DNA of 64,000 bases. Origin: Vairimorpha necatrix. Its lineage: Eukaryota. Below, piece after piece: positions 1 to 10,994 of this stretch; position 1 is the first letter of the stretch, and the number at the start of each line of letters is the position of its first letter. The DNA lies in NCBI GenBank assembly GCA_036630325.1, contig CP142727.1, positions 62,001 to 126,000 on the forward strand. The letters are read 5' to 3'. Both the position numbers and the translations under genes were made by a program. The notes below the pieces were generated by a model. The model was not told the DNA's origin, did no database searches, and saw nothing but the letters and a program-made list of their open reading frames with translations.

Positions 1-2
1 AT

Positions 3-593
3 GATTTAGAAGATCTTAATAAAGTCATGGTAGATTTAGAAGGACAGATCATTCTTATAGGGAATTCTACGGGGTGTCAAGTCATCATGACTTATATAAA
101 TAGGCATATCAATAATAAGATAGTACTGTGTATACTACAGGGGTCAGTATCAGACACAGAATATTTTGAGAGTCAACGCCATAAATATAATTATAATGAA
201 AAATTTAGATTTGAAGATGAAACTGGAACAATAATAGACAATGAAGTAGATAATAAAGATATAGAGAATATATTTAGATATGATGGTATAATATACATAC
301 ATGAAAGATATGTAAGTTTATACAAGAGACATGGTATAGAAGATTTATTCTCTTCTTATTTAGAAGATGAACATTATAAAAACCTAAATAAAAATAATTA
401 TAAACTCATCTTCGTCATTTCTGACAAAGATGAGTTTGTAGTAAAAAAGATAGACGACAAATTGAGACATGTCAAGAATTCAGAGATTATAAATTTCAGA
501 GAAGGAGATCATTTCTTACATAATAAAGAGTCACAGAAGGAATTTATTAAATTAATCAAAAAGGAGATACATAAAATGAGAGTACATCAATAA
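3..593 (+). CDS. Alpha/beta hydrolase, DUF1749/UPF0613-like (5'-partial; frame open to window edge)
   Basis: Nucleophile elbow LIGNSTGCQ (family GHSTGCQ), LQGSVSD, DEFV acid and GDH histidine. The frame is open from position 3 (DLEDLNKVM...). Confidence 0.75.
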   Translation, partial: DLEDLNKVMVDLEGQIILIGNSTGCQVIMTYINRHINNKIVLCILQGSVSDTEYFESQRHKYNYNEKFRFEDETGTIIDNEVDNKDIENIFRYDGIIYIHERYVSLYKRHGIEDLFSSYLEDEHYKNLNKNNYKLIFVISDKDEFVVKKIDDKLRHVKNSEIINFREGDHFLHNKESQKEFIKLIKKEIHKMRVHQ

Positions 594-658
594 ACATGCT
601 AATACAAGATCGTAAGATTTATAAAAAACAGGAGATGTATAATATAGAAGAAGATTAT

Positions 659-2107
659 TCATTGGTTGATAAATTCATTGAGTTTATCGATTATCAAGAC
701 ACTGGCCTCGTCTATTGTAAATAAACAAGAGTCAATCTTGGAATTAACTAGTAGATTTCTAAGATGCTTCGCATTTTCCTTAAGATAAGCTTCATTGTAA
801 TTTAATTTTATGCCATGAATGCAGCACAGGAAAATACAGAATTTCTTAAGTGTGGGGTCACATGTATCATCAGATATGAGATATTTTAATACACTAGATT
901 TCTCTAGAATATAATTAGTATCTGCCAATATAAGGAAATATAAAATAGTACCCAGATTTATATCTAGTATAGAGTGATCAAATGTATACTCATAATTCCT
1001 TAGAGATAATAATAGAAGTATATTTGCCACAGAACAAGGATCACTTAGTACAGATTTATATATAATCTCGTATTTAGACTCTGATAAATTTATCTTAGGA
1101 ATAGACAAGTCGTCTCTCAATATTTCAGAGTAGATCAAAAGAACAAAACCAGAAGATTCAAATTTCAAGATATTTTTATGCATAAAATAGTACAAGATGA
1201 TTATGAGGTCAGTGTCTCCTAAGACTTTACCTTCTAAATTTCCAAGATCTTCATTTTCGAGGTCAAGTGTCTCTTGTAAAGATTCCTTAAAGAATATTGA
1301 CGAGAATATCTTTCTATATTTTGTACTCCAGTCTATCATTTTGTAAATGTATTCGTAATTCTTATCTACCAGGGCCCTGTCAAAAGACACAGTCTTATAG
1401 ACTGTGTCTTTTATATAATTTATATTATTATTTGTATTATCTATAAGAGCATTTATTATTTTAGAATGTAGTCTGGTTCTAGTCCAGTCTGTCTCTACGA
1501 AATAATTCTGATTGAAATGATTCCTTCTTAATAATATTTCCAGTATCTCCCTTGACTCTGGTAGTGTCTTGTAATTCTCAAGTAACTTCTCAAATATCCC
1601 CTCAAAGACGATTTCTTTATCAAAATTATTATTCAGATTTAAAAGTCTCCTAATAACTTCTGTATTCCCCATGTCCATAAGATTTACACTGTAACCTGAT
1701 GCACCATTTATTTCTACAAATACTTTACAGAATTCTTTATTATTTGTCAATTCTATAATTAATCTTCTGAATCCTGACTCATCTTTATACTGGTTATTCA
1801 TTAAGATCAGTACAAGTTTGTTGGTTTTTAAGAGTAAATCAACAAATTCGTCTTTATATTTAGAAGTGAAAATCGAGTATAATATTCTGAAATTATAAGA
1901 AATATCTTCTAGATCTTCCATGGAGTAGATTATCGGATATAAAGCGTGTGTACCTGTCTCCAGGATATTTCTATGAGAATAATCTTCTAGATCTTTTAGT
2001 GCATCGTATTTGTCATCTAAATATTCACTGTGTTCTAATCGAGAGATTAATAAGTCAATATTAAGATCTTCAGAATTATTTACCGAGTCACTTCTAAAGA
2101 AAAACAT
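659..2107 (-). CDS. USO1: Uso1/p115 vesicle-tethering protein, globular head domain
   Basis: IDLLISRLEHSEYLDDKYDAL, IVFEGIFEKL and LLRRNHFNQNYFVE match p115-head motifs. CCCC lies just upstream of the ATG. There is no long coiled-coil tail. Confidence 0.7.
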   Translation of the reverse strand: MFFFRSDSVNNSEDLNIDLLISRLEHSEYLDDKYDALKDLEDYSHRNILETGTHALYPIIYSMEDLEDISYNFRILYSIFTSKYKDEFVDLLLKTNKLVLILMNNQYKDESGFRRLIIELTNNKEFCKVFVEINGASGYSVNLMDMGNTEVIRRLLNLNNNFDKEIVFEGIFEKLLENYKTLPESREILEILLRRNHFNQNYFVETDWTRTRLHSKIINALIDNTNNNINYIKDTVYKTVSFDRALVDKNYEYIYKMIDWSTKYRKIFSSIFFKESLQETLDLENEDLGNLEGKVLGDTDLIIILYYFMHKNILKFESSGFVLLIYSEILRDDLSIPKINLSESKYEIIYKSVLSDPCSVANILLLLSLRNYEYTFDHSILDINLGTILYFLILADTNYILEKSSVLKYLISDDTCDPTLKKFCIFLCCIHGIKLNYNEAYLKENAKHLRNLLVNSKIDSCLFTIDEASVLIIDKLNEFINQ

Positions 2108-2364
2108 TCTAAGGGGAAAAAATAACCAAAAAGATAGAAAATTATTAATTATAGATATGGAGTAAATTGATATAATGAAGTTTATATTCTAGATTTTCAT
2201 TGCGTCTCCTGCTCGTAGGTAGCTTATAGGCTTTTATGGTTCTTTCCACATAGGCTTCGTCTTATTTCCTTCAGAAGTCCAGAGAAATATTTTCTAGCAT
2301 AATCATCTTATAATTCTTTATACATCTTATGGATTTAAATGTAGATATAGAGAATAACGTTATA

Positions 2365-2480
2365 TTAGAGATTAAAATGTAGAGAATAAATTATATTAGA
2401 GATTAGAATATAGAGAATAAAATTATAATAGAGATTAGAATATAGAATAACATTATATTAGAGATTAGAATATATAGAAA
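2365..2480. repeat. Intergenic minisatellite, ~30-bp unit (ATTAGAGATTAGAATATAGAGAATAA(C/A)ATTAT) x~4
   Basis: Imperfect tandem copies are visible directly. Confidence 0.75.
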
Positions 2481-2606
2481 TGAATATAGATGTGTAGAAA
2501 TATATAAATAAGTTAGAAATTCGCGACACAATAATTTACTAGATATTATTAAGTTTAAATATAATGCCACAGTATATTTAATCAAGATTACACATTTCAT
2601 TGTGTA

Positions 2607-3206
2607 TTACATTTTCTTGATTAAGAAATTGGGGAATATTATGTCCTTAAATCTCACTTTAGTGGGCTGCTTAATATTCTTAGTGAAATCTATAAGCATG
2701 TTCTTCTCAATATTCGGATCACTAAAGTAGAAATTTGTAAAATCTTTGTAGTCCAAATAACCTTTCTTCTTGGTATCATAAGTCCTGAGTACAAGTCCTA
2801 TCTCCGCCTCATCTCGACACCCCATAATCTCAAAGATATCTTTCAAGACAGATTTACAGAGTCTCCCATCTCTGTTCAGATTGAATATATCAAATAAGAA
2901 TCTTATTCTTTTCTCTACACTAGTCTTCTTATTAAATAAGCCCACTAAATCTAAGAAGTGTAAGAAAGTGATATTCTGATAATCAAATATGCGCTCTATG
3001 GCATTACAGATCAATTTATTAAAAGGATTCATCTCGAACTCGGGGATAGTATTGAGATCTTTATAAGTGAGATATCCTACACTAAACTTGTCAAGATAAC
3101 AGAATCTATCATATAAATATTCAATCTCGTGTTCAGTGAAGACACTAGAATTCTTTAATTCTTCTATTTCTTCCTCACAGAGAATAGAACTATTTACATT
3201 ACCCAT
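2607..3206 (-). CDS. CNB1: Calcineurin regulatory subunit B-like EF-hand protein
   Basis: The real start is MGNVNSS (myristoylation-type Gly2) at 3206, directly after CCCCCT. It contains FTEHEIEYLYDRF, IPEFEMNPF and EF-hands NLNRDGRL and DTKKKGYLDYKDF. The ORF-track extension to 3311 is probably not translated. Confidence 0.85.
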   Translation of the reverse strand: MGNVNSSILCEEEIEELKNSSVFTEHEIEYLYDRFCYLDKFSVGYLTYKDLNTIPEFEMNPFNKLICNAIERIFDYQNITFLHFLDLVGLFNKKTSVEKRIRFLFDIFNLNRDGRLCKSVLKDIFEIMGCRDEAEIGLVLRTYDTKKKGYLDYKDFTNFYFSDPNIEKNMLIDFTKNIKQPTKVRFKDIIFPNFLIKKM

Positions 3207-3265
3207 AGGGGGAAAGAAAAAAGAAACAAATAAAAACCAGAATGAGAAACCAATTATAAAAAATA

Positions 3266-3366
3266 TATAATGTGTATCAAACATAATTTGTATAAAATAT
3301 AAATATATCAATCAAATATAATGTGTATCAAATATAATTTGTGTATCAAATATAATGTCTATCAAA
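3266..3366. repeat. Intergenic minisatellite (ATATAATGTGTATCAA-like unit)
   Basis: About 5 imperfect copies are visible. Confidence 0.6.
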
Positions 3367-3374
3367 TTTTTATT

Positions 3375-4580
3375 TCAATTTAGTGCTTTTCTTTTGATAA
3401 ATCTCATTTGATATTTGTTCATATGGTCATAATTCTTACACTCATAAAATTTATCAAATTCCACTTCACAAAATGTATAGCACAAGCCTCTACACTTCCC
3501 TCTAGAGAAACAAAAACTCCCTCTGATCACTCGGCCTATCACTTGATCATTTTCAAAAACAAACCCATTTTTATTTAAGACTCCTTTATCAACTTCGAAA
3601 ACATAATAAAAAACCTTCTTTTTAGTGTAAATTACTAGATCTTCATAATTAATCTTCACTTTCTTACTCTTCGGAGTCCTCTCATATTTCCCTATAAAAA
3701 TCTTATTCTGTTCATCTTCAAACATTTTAAAAGATTCAGAATTGACATCATCAAATGGATAAATCATAGTATCATTTTCTAATGCGATCCTTTGTAATTC
3801 ATTTATACACACAGGAATACATCCTTGTTTTATAAATTCATACCAAAAATTCATCATATCTTTCTTAAAAATGAAAAGTTTACCCTTTTCATAATCATGA
3901 AAATTTTTTATATAAAAATTTTTACTATTAGAAATTGATTCATCAATTTCCAAAGAAAACTCATTTAAAAGACAATCTTGTACTTTTATAACAGAAACAC
4001 AACATTCTAATTCTTTATAATTAGTAAAACTTGTACTAAACCACACAGGCAAAATCATAAGACAATATTTCTCAGTGACTACTACTTCTATAAACCCTTC
4101 ATTTGTTTTTACAAGTTGTATTTGATTTTTTATATTGTAATTAATTTCATAAGACTTTACATCATCAAGTATATTTACATCATCAAGTATATTTACATCA
4201 TCAAGTATATTTACGTCATTAATATTTAGTATATAAGTTTTCTTAAAGGATTCATCGAAGATGAATCCTCTCTTATGAGACTTATAAATAAATTTATTAC
4301 TTTTTTGATTTCTTACTAGTGGCAACGCCACGTTGCCAAATTTCAACATTTTAAACCTTTTGGCGTACCAAATGTGTGTTTTTAAAAAGTGTCTAGATTT
4401 TCTACGAGTAGAAACTTTTCTAAATTTAAAATTTGATCTTGTTCTTCTTCTGGAGTAAAAAGGAAGTCTTTGGAATAACATGGTCTTTTTTCTTGAATTG
4501 TTTATGGATTTTTCGAGGATTTTTATATCTGAATCTCTTTCAAAAATAAAATCTTTGATATTTATTTCATTATTTTGCAT
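3375..4580 (-). CDS. POP1: RNase P/MRP subunit Pop1
   Basis: FQRLPFYSRRRTRS and LKTHIWYAKRFKM (Pop1 R- and W-boxes), YPFD, C-terminal IGRVIRGSFCFSRGKCRG. The ATG at 4580 follows ACCCAA. Confidence 0.9.
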   Translation of the reverse strand: MQNNEINIKDFIFERDSDIKILEKSINNSRKKTMLFQRLPFYSRRRTRSNFKFRKVSTRRKSRHFLKTHIWYAKRFKMLKFGNVALPLVRNQKSNKFIYKSHKRGFIFDESFKKTYILNINDVNILDDVNILDDVNILDDVKSYEINYNIKNQIQLVKTNEGFIEVVVTEKYCLMILPVWFSTSFTNYKELECCVSVIKVQDCLLNEFSLEIDESISNSKNFYIKNFHDYEKGKLFIFKKDMMNFWYEFIKQGCIPVCINELQRIALENDTMIYPFDDVNSESFKMFEDEQNKIFIGKYERTPKSKKVKINYEDLVIYTKKKVFYYVFEVDKGVLNKNGFVFENDQVIGRVIRGSFCFSRGKCRGLCYTFCEVEFDKFYECKNYDHMNKYQMRFIKRKALN

Positions 4581-4782
4581 TTGGGTCAAAAAAAAAAGAA
4601 AATATTAACATTGAGTTACTTTAGTAACTAATAATAAATGAATTTAAATAGAGTATGCTTATAGTTTCACAAATGGATGATAATTATAAGATTTTAATTT
4701 TGAAAAATTTTCAATCTAAAGAACACTTTTATACTTAGAAAATTATAAATTTTAAATAGTTATTAAAATTATAAATTTTATT

Positions 4783-5442
4783 CTATTGAGTTGCTATAAA
4801 TAAAAATACTGACATTGTAGTACCATAAAAATTTATATTTACTGGACTATCATCATCTTCCCAATTTAATAAACAACTATCAAACATATCATTAATCGAC
4901 AAAATCTTCTTAAATATCTCAGTCTCAAACTTGAAACTTATTCCTGTAAACCCTGGACACTGAAACTTAAGACTTATATTCTCATTAGAGACAATTCCAA
5001 ATTGATCATCAAACTCAATTTTAGCACTACCAGAAGTCTGACAAATCACTTGATAAAACAAATGCGGGTCAATAAAATCACTTTTATTTATATTAAATGG
5101 TATATCAACTACTGACTCATTAAATATAACATATTTGTGTCTATAAATGTAATCATCAAACTCGTAAATAAAAATTAGAAAATTGGGAACAGACTCAATT
5201 TTCAAGTTTAACATTTTTGAAAATGAGAAACGTGGCTTGTTAATTCGGAAAACAATGTTTTGTAAAGAAGAAGTGAGAAAAAAAGAAGATGTGAATGAAA
5301 TGTTACAGATGACATTTTTGGAATCAGAAACCATTTGTATTCTAAGTTTGTCTGTGATGTCTATTAATAAATATTGGGATTTTATAGTTTGACATATTTT
5401 GTCTAACATGAGAGCATTTTGAGGGGAGATTTTACAATCCAT
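4783..5442 (-). CDS. Rad9/Ddc1-like 9-1-1 checkpoint clamp subunit (PCNA fold)
   Basis: The N-terminus MDCKISPQNALMLDKICQTI...LRIQMVSDSKNVICNISFTSSFF and C-terminus SPVNINF...FLFIAT resemble Rad9. The ATG at 5442 follows ACCC. Confidence 0.6.
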   Translation of the reverse strand: MDCKISPQNALMLDKICQTIKSQYLLIDITDKLRIQMVSDSKNVICNISFTSSFFLTSSLQNIVFRINKPRFSFSKMLNLKIESVPNFLIFIYEFDDYIYRHKYVIFNESVVDIPFNINKSDFIDPHLFYQVICQTSGSAKIEFDDQFGIVSNENISLKFQCPGFTGISFKFETEIFKKILSINDMFDSCLLNWEDDDSPVNINFYGTTMSVFLFIATQ

Positions 5443-5785
5443 GGGTAAATCAAAATATACCAAGTAAAATATTAATTTAAAGTTATGTAACATTTACTTT
5501 GTCTTATACATAAAACAAATTCTATGTATTTGAATATAAAAATTAAAGAACATAAAATTAGAAAAATAATATAAAGTTAAATTAACATATATTAAATCTT
5601 ATTTCCGCATTGAACCCCCAATTAATAATTAAATATTTTTAGTTATAGTAATTTAGTGTAATAAAAATATTTTTAAACTCTTCTATAATAAATTGGGATA
5701 CTTTGTTGGTTTGAACAAACAAACTCAACTCTAAAATATTATTCATGCAAAAAAGCTTAAATAAACTAAAAAAACTGAAACAAGC

Positions 5786-7834
5786 ATGAAAACTAAAATC
5801 ATAAAAATCACAAATCTATCATGTATACTCTGCATTAATAAACTCAACACTGTTCTTTCAACTATCCCAAATATATCTTTTTATAAAGTAAATATTTTTA
5901 CTAAAGAAATTTTAATAAAATATAAAAGAAGATTACCAGATATTATAAAAGAACTAAATAATAATGGATTTGAAACTAAAAAATTTGATTTTTTACCATA
6001 TTTTATTAGTAGTATATTGATAATAATATATAAAATTTCTAAGGAATTTTTATACATAAGATTATTTATAATCTTATGTATACAATTTGTTAGTTTTAAA
6101 CAAACAAATTTGAAAATATATAGATATTTTTCCATATTTTCATTTCTAATGTATTTTATAAGATTCAATGATAAAAATTTAGATAATTCATGTGATATAT
6201 TAATGTATGTATTATTAAATAATTTGATAACAGAAAAATTAAATTTATTAGGAAGACTTAATTTATTTAAAATTTTAGATAATTTTAAATTTAGAAAAAT
6301 TATTTCTAATTTTGATATAAACCAAGATAATCTAAAATTTAGAAATATAAAGAAGAAAAAAGACGACGAAAATTTTATATATTATGAATATGTCGATACA
6401 GTGAAGCCTAAAGAAAAAATTTTATATAAAAAGAATGATAAAATACAAATAACAGGTATAATTTTACAAGGAACTTGTAAAATTGACAATTCGTCAAATA
6501 CAGGCGAAGACAAATTGAAATTTTTAAAACAAGGCGACATTTTACACGAAGAAATGCTAGTCAAAGAAGGTCAAATAATTGTCCAAGTGACTAAAATTAA
6601 TTTATTTGATATGAAAACTGAAAAAGTCACAAGATCAAAATATAATGAATTTATCGTATTAGTAAATATTTTATCAATAATTTATTCGTTAATTTATTGC
6701 GACAATTTACCAGAAGTTTTAGAATTTAATTTGAAAATGAATATGAAGATTTGCCCGTGTATATTTATAATATCAGATATAATATTGAAATTGAGGATTA
6801 ATAAAGATATGAAGGCTAGGAATATAAGAGTCAATGATTTTGATATATCTAAAGATATAAAGAATGTGTTTATAGATAAAACGGGCACACTGACTCGTAC
6901 TAGTAAAGTAGTAAATTATAAATTGGACAGAGAGTTAAGAGATGTGGTTTACGAATTAGAAGAGGAATTTGATAATTCATATTCCAGAGGAATATTAGAA
7001 ATATTAAAAAATGAAACTCAATCTAAAACTGATAAAGATAATAATAATTATAATATTCAAGATACTATATTAGATCAAGATAATATTAAAGATACTATAT
7101 ACGATCCATCAGATAATATTCAAGATACTATATTAGATCAAGTTAATATTGTAGATTATATTGTAGATCAAGATAAGCACAATTTAATAGACAAAGAATA
7201 TTTATCTTCTTATGGTTTAAGATGCAAATACAAGAATAATGAAATAAGAATAGGAAAATACGAATTCTGTAATTATTTAAACTTAAAAAGCAGGAAATAC
7301 GACAGGAACACAATCTACGTCTCAAAAAATGGTCTAATTTGTGGCTTCTTCATGATGGAAGATTTTATAAAGAAAAATACTAAAAATGTCTTAAGAATTT
7401 TACAATCCAAATACCGTGTCATTCTCCTGTCAGGAGACACTAAAAGAAACGTAGAAGAGTTTTGTAGTAAAATGAATATAAAAGAATATTTTTATAATTT
7501 GACCTCATCTGATAAGGCGGATATTATTAGTAGATTCAAAGGAGGAAGTTGTATGATCGGAGACGGGCTTAATGATCTACAGGCCTTTAGTGTCTCCTCT
7601 GTCAGTATAGGACTAAGGGATACCTTGAATACCTCTATAAATATACAAGATATAAAAGATATAGTGTACTGTTTAGAAATAATCAAGAGAGTTAATAGAA
7701 GGAAAGTGATAAATTACTGGATATCAGGGATTTATAATTTAGGGATTATATTTATGAATATTGGATTTTTAGAGAGTACACTGGTGATGTATATTCCGAA
7801 TTTGTTGATAATTATAAACACATTCTACTTGTAA
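5786..7834 (+). CDS. P1B-type heavy-metal (Cu) transporting ATPase, divergent
   Basis: N-terminal HMA domain (LSCILC), TGE, CPC, DKTGTLT, LSGD, MIGDGLND and YN in the last TM pair. Confidence 0.85.
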   Translation: MKTKIIKITNLSCILCINKLNTVLSTIPNISFYKVNIFTKEILIKYKRRLPDIIKELNNNGFETKKFDFLPYFISSILIIIYKISKEFLYIRLFIILCIQFVSFKQTNLKIYRYFSIFSFLMYFIRFNDKNLDNSCDILMYVLLNNLITEKLNLLGRLNLFKILDNFKFRKIISNFDINQDNLKFRNIKKKKDDENFIYYEYVDTVKPKEKILYKKNDKIQITGIILQGTCKIDNSSNTGEDKLKFLKQGDILHEEMLVKEGQIIVQVTKINLFDMKTEKVTRSKYNEFIVLVNILSIIYSLIYCDNLPEVLEFNLKMNMKICPCIFIISDIILKLRINKDMKARNIRVNDFDISKDIKNVFIDKTGTLTRTSKVVNYKLDRELRDVVYELEEEFDNSYSRGILEILKNETQSKTDKDNNNYNIQDTILDQDNIKDTIYDPSDNIQDTILDQVNIVDYIVDQDKHNLIDKEYLSSYGLRCKYKNNEIRIGKYEFCNYLNLKSRKYDRNTIYVSKNGLICGFFMMEDFIKKNTKNVLRILQSKYRVILLSGDTKRNVEEFCSKMNIKEYFYNLTSSDKADIISRFKGGSCMIGDGLNDLQAFSVSSVSIGLRDTLNTSINIQDIKDIVYCLEIIKRVNRRKVINYWISGIYNLGIIFMNIGFLESTLVMYIPNLLIIINTFYL

Positions 7835-7997
7835 GATTCATCATCAAGTAAAACATATATTTCATGTATTTAAAATATAGAATGATGTTTTAAGAATTAT
7901 ATTATAATACTATAGTAAGTACATATAATATTAATCATATTCATAATACTAGTGTATGTATTATTTCAATACATTTTTTTATTATTCTTCACCCTCA

Positions 7998-10007
7998 ATG
8001 AATATTGCTGACCCAATTGAAGAATTTAAGAATTTCATAGATGAATACAAAAACACATCAGAAAAAGACTACTACGAAATCCTTCTTAAGACTTCTTCAC
8101 CCCGAGTCATTTTCAACATGAACGACATAAGAAATTACAATACAAATCTCGCCTCTTTACTAATCAATGATCCTGCTACTATAGTCCCCCAAATAGAAGA
8201 TTTATTAAACCAGATAAGTCAAAAAGATATAAAATTTGGCATCAAGGGTTCATTCGGAGAGTACAAGCTTACTCCTCGTACTCTGATTTCTCTTTTTATT
8301 GGTAAACTTATTTGTATAACAGGAATAGTCACTAATTGCTCGACATGCAGGCCCAAAATAGTCAAGAGTGTTCATTACAATAATACGAAATCTTCTTTCG
8401 TACAGAAAGAGTACAGGGACTCGACTATGATCACTAAATTGCCAATTACTAATACAGTTTATCCTACTAGAGACACTGACGGGTCAATATTAAATACAGA
8501 ATATGGGCTCAGTGACTATGTGGATTATCAAACATTCAATTTACAAGAAATGCCTGAAGACGCCCCATGCGGCCAACTCCCTAGAAGTGTGGAATGTATA
8601 GTAAGTCATGATTTAGTAGATAAAATTAAACCTGGAGATAGAATTACTTGTTATGGGATTTATAAAAGTTTATCATTTGGAAATACGACAGAATTCCCTA
8701 GTAAATTTAAGAATGTATTAATTTGTAATAATATTGACCAATTAAAAAAGACAGAGATAAAAACAACAAAATCTAATACAATTGATTACAAAGATATTAC
8801 TAAATATATTGCCCCTAGTATTTGGGGACATGATAAAATTAAATTAGCTCTAGCTTTGATGTTAGTAGGAGGAAATGAAATTATAATGAAAAATGGATCT
8901 AAAATTAGAGGAGATATAAATATTTTATTAGTAGGGGACCCTAGTACAGCCAAATCTCAATTATTAAGATTTATTTACAATTTTAATGAGATTTCTGTCG
9001 CCACTACAGGCAAAGGGTCGTCTGGTGTCGGCTTGACTGCTGCTGTTGTTATTGATAAAGAGACAGGGGATAAAAGACTCGAGGCCGGGGCCATGGTCTT
9101 GGCCGATAGGGGGATAGTTTGTATAGACGAGTTTGATAAGATGAATGATTTAGATAGAGTAGCCATCCATGAAGTCATGGAGCAGCAGACTGTTACTATT
9201 TCTAAGGCTGGTATACACACGACTCTAAATGCGAGATGTTCTGTACTTGCTGCTGCTAATCCAATTTATGGAATGTACAGGGAGAGTAGGAAGCCCAGTG
9301 AGAATATTAGACTTCCTGAGTCTATTATGACCAGATTTGATCTTATTTTTGTAGTACTAGATAAGTCAGATGTAGTCACTGACTCACTTATTTCTGAGCA
9401 TGTAGTAAGAAGTCACTCTGTTTTCGTACAAAAAGAAGAAGAAGATTCTTCTGGATTTAAGGAATATATTGACGAGTGTAGAAAACTCAAGCCTGTTTTG
9501 TCCAGAGAAGCGAGTAAGATGATTATTGAGGAATATACAAATTTAAGACAAATTAAGAATAAGAAAGAACAAATTGTCTCTATAACCCCCAGGATGCTTG
9601 AGACTATGATTCGTCTTTCTACTGCCCATGCTAAGTTACGCCTTTCTGAGATTACAGAGGTGTCTGACGTTGAGTCTGCGATAAGTTTGCTAAATTCGAC
9701 TCTCTTCCAGCAGATAAGTAAAGAGACTAAGAGGCCTAAAAATGAAGTAGATAAAGAGTATGATATTGATCAGGAGATACAGATAGTAGAGAATCAGAAT
9801 GCCAAGAAGGATTATGTGATAGATTTGTTGTATGAGATAAGATTGAGTGATGAGTCACTTACTAATATAAGCCTTGATGAGATTTATTCCAGGGTTAGTT
9901 CTGATCTTGAGATTTCCAAAGAAGATGTGAATGATATTTTAGAGGAGTTAAGTTTACAGGAGATAATTTATTATGAGAATAATACAGTGATATTTATAAA
10001 TGATTAA
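7998..10007 (+). CDS. MCM3: DNA replication licensing factor Mcm3
   Basis: RGDINILLVGDPSTAKSQLLR, TTGKGSSGVGLTAAV, LEAGAMVLADRG and IDEFDKM are Mcm3-type signatures. The start at 7998 follows ACCCTCA. Confidence 0.95.
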   Translation: MNIADPIEEFKNFIDEYKNTSEKDYYEILLKTSSPRVIFNMNDIRNYNTNLASLLINDPATIVPQIEDLLNQISQKDIKFGIKGSFGEYKLTPRTLISLFIGKLICITGIVTNCSTCRPKIVKSVHYNNTKSSFVQKEYRDSTMITKLPITNTVYPTRDTDGSILNTEYGLSDYVDYQTFNLQEMPEDAPCGQLPRSVECIVSHDLVDKIKPGDRITCYGIYKSLSFGNTTEFPSKFKNVLICNNIDQLKKTEIKTTKSNTIDYKDITKYIAPSIWGHDKIKLALALMLVGGNEIIMKNGSKIRGDINILLVGDPSTAKSQLLRFIYNFNEISVATTGKGSSGVGLTAAVVIDKETGDKRLEAGAMVLADRGIVCIDEFDKMNDLDRVAIHEVMEQQTVTISKAGIHTTLNARCSVLAAANPIYGMYRESRKPSENIRLPESIMTRFDLIFVVLDKSDVVTDSLISEHVVRSHSVFVQKEEEDSSGFKEYIDECRKLKPVLSREASKMIIEEYTNLRQIKNKKEQIVSITPRMLETMIRLSTAHAKLRLSEITEVSDVESAISLLNSTLFQQISKETKRPKNEVDKEYDIDQEIQIVENQNAKKDYVIDLLYEIRLSDESLTNISLDEIYSRVSSDLEISKEDVNDILEELSLQEIIYYENNTVIFIND

Positions 10008-10307
10008 AATAAATTTACTATAGTGTTATTAATATGTAAGATATACTATAATGTTTATTATTATGTATAATTTACTAAAGTGTTTATTAATATGTAAGAT
10101 ATTATAAAGCGAAATAAACTCTTAATATATCTACAATAAGTAAATAAACTGTCGTAGCCGATCAAATACTGGCCAATCATCTTTCGACAAATGGACAGAT
10201 TTATTTGGCTACTTAAATTATTTAAAAACATTTCCAAAACAGGGGATGAATAAACTTATTGACATAAACTATTGTATAATTTACTAGATGATTGTGTAAT
10301 AAATACT

Positions 10308-10994
10308 CTAATTTTGTTTAAATTTGTTGATTAAAAATTCCTCTTTTAGAGCTCCCTCTGGTATGTCATCAAATACACACTCATTTTTCATAAATCTTCT
10401 CTCTGCACATTTCTCTAGACATTTCTCATTATTCCTCAAGATCTGCCTGGCTTTATCTTCCCCGATATCCACCACTAGTAACATCTTCATAATATCAAGA
10501 GGACTCTTCACTTCTGTACTCCTTGTCGCCGCACTGCCTACTATTATATTTCTACACTTAGTCACTCGTATTAGTTCCCTGAAATTATATAACCACATCA
10601 TTCTATCTCTCTTATCATACAGAGCACTGAGTATATCAACTTCATAGAAGATATTAGGATTAATATTCCTGAACTTAAGAGGCTTGGTCATGTCCAGTAA
10701 AATGACATCACACATATTCTCGTCTACAGGAGTCTCAAAGTCGGGGACAGTGAGACAGAGGACATCACATTTAGAGAAGAGAGACTTAGTATTGTAAGAA
10801 TGAGTAAGAAGATTGACAGACAACTTAATGAAAGACTTCTTGGAGGGGAGAGAAGGAGGAGAAGGTCTAGTAAATTTAGAAATGTCATTTTGAGAAATAG
10901 AATAAGTAAAACAGAAACCAGAATAATCAGAATCTTCTAAGAAGACTAAGTCATTCTTATTGTATTTACTACTAATAGACATATCATAAAACAT
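10308..10994 (-). CDS. RPP1: RNase P/MRP subunit p30 (Rpp30/Rpp1)
   Basis: MFYD start, IFYEV, RMMWLYNFRELIRVTKCRNIIVGSAA and KSPLDI match the PHP-like Rpp30 fold. CCC is upstream. Confidence 0.85.
   Translation of the reverse strand: MFYDMSISSKYNKNDLVFLEDSDYSGFCFTYSISQNDISKFTRPSPPSLPSKKSFIKLSVNLLTHSYNTKSLFSKCDVLCLTVPDFETPVDENMCDVILLDMTKPLKFRNINPNIFYEVDILSALYDKRDRMMWLYNFRELIRVTKCRNIIVGSAATRSTEVKSPLDIMKMLLVVDIGEDKARQILRNNEKCLEKCAERRFMKNECVFDDIPEGALKEEFLINKFKQN

Noticed and set aside
3375..10994. POP1 and RPP1 as a functional RNase P gene cluster
   Set aside because: They are separated by three unrelated genes, and I could not identify an RNase P/MRP RNA nearby. Proximity is plausible by chance in a compact genome.
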